Source: Folioceros fuciformis (Eukaryota). Taken from it: 20,000 nt of DNA. The stretch spans positions 167,745 through 187,744 of the forward strand of contig JBNGIO010006131.1 in NCBI GenBank assembly GCA_049999805.1, in the 5' to 3' direction. The notes under the pieces were generated by a model. That model was not told the DNA's origin and ran no database searches. It was given only the letters and a program-made list of their open reading frames with translations. Below, one piece after another: positions 19,574 through 20,000 of this stretch (its first letter is position 1; the number at the start of each line of letters is the position of its first letter). Position numbers and translations under genes: made by a program.

Positions 19574-20000
19574 GCACTTCCATCATTAGCACTTGAACTG
19601 CCATCCATGATACGCACTTCCATCATTAGCACTTGAACTGTCATCCATGATACGTACTTCCATCATTAGCACTTGAACTGCCATCCATGATACGCACTTC
19701 CATCATTAGCACTTGAACTGGCATCCATGATACGCACTTCCATCATTAGCACTTGAACTGCCATCCATGATACGCACTTCCATCATTAGCACTTGAACTG
19801 CCATCCATGATGCGCACTTCCATCATTAGCACTTGAACTACCATCCATGATCTGCACTTCCATCATTAGCACTTGAACTGCCATCCATGATACGCACTTC
19901 CATCATTAGCACTTGAACTGTCATCCATGATACGTACTTCCATCATTAGCACTTGAACTGCCATCCATGATACGCACTTCCATCATTAGCACTTGAACTG
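19574..20000. repeat. 40-bp tandem repeat (minisatellite), more than 10.5 copies, continuing past the window end
   Basis: Unit GCACTTCCATCATTAGCACTTGAACTGCCATCCATGATAC repeated head-to-tail with only a few substitutions per copy and no spacers. Confidence 0.98.

Noticed and set aside
19574-20000. CRISPR-like regular repeat
   Set aside because: Units are head-to-tail with no unique spacers, no cas genes, and the context is eukaryotic.

Overview
Eukaryotic, plant-like (probably non-seed plant/streptophyte) genomic DNA with a 100-N assembly gap at 3357-3456. The left 9 kb is a stack of decayed, nested transposons: a Ty3/gypsy pol with an in-frame C-terminal PHD finger, two copies of an LTR-like terminus, a Ty1/copia gag-protease-integrase remnant cut inside its integrase, and a PIF/Harbinger element (Myb/SANT ORF plus transposase). 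The right 2 kb holds a second decayed Harbinger element running into a 40-bp tandem array. Between them is a compact, intact, GC-rich three-gene island. Two intronless atypical Hsp70 genes (HSPA12-like, no canonical substrate-binding lid or EEVD) flank a GIL1/IRK-interacting-family coiled-coil gene whose C-terminus resembles the GrpE nucleotide-exchange-factor head. The first Hsp70-like gene and the GIL1/IRKI-like gene are head-to-head. This candidate 'HSPA12-like ATPase + GrpE-like partner' module is the most interesting signal; its functional interpretation is inference, not demonstrated.
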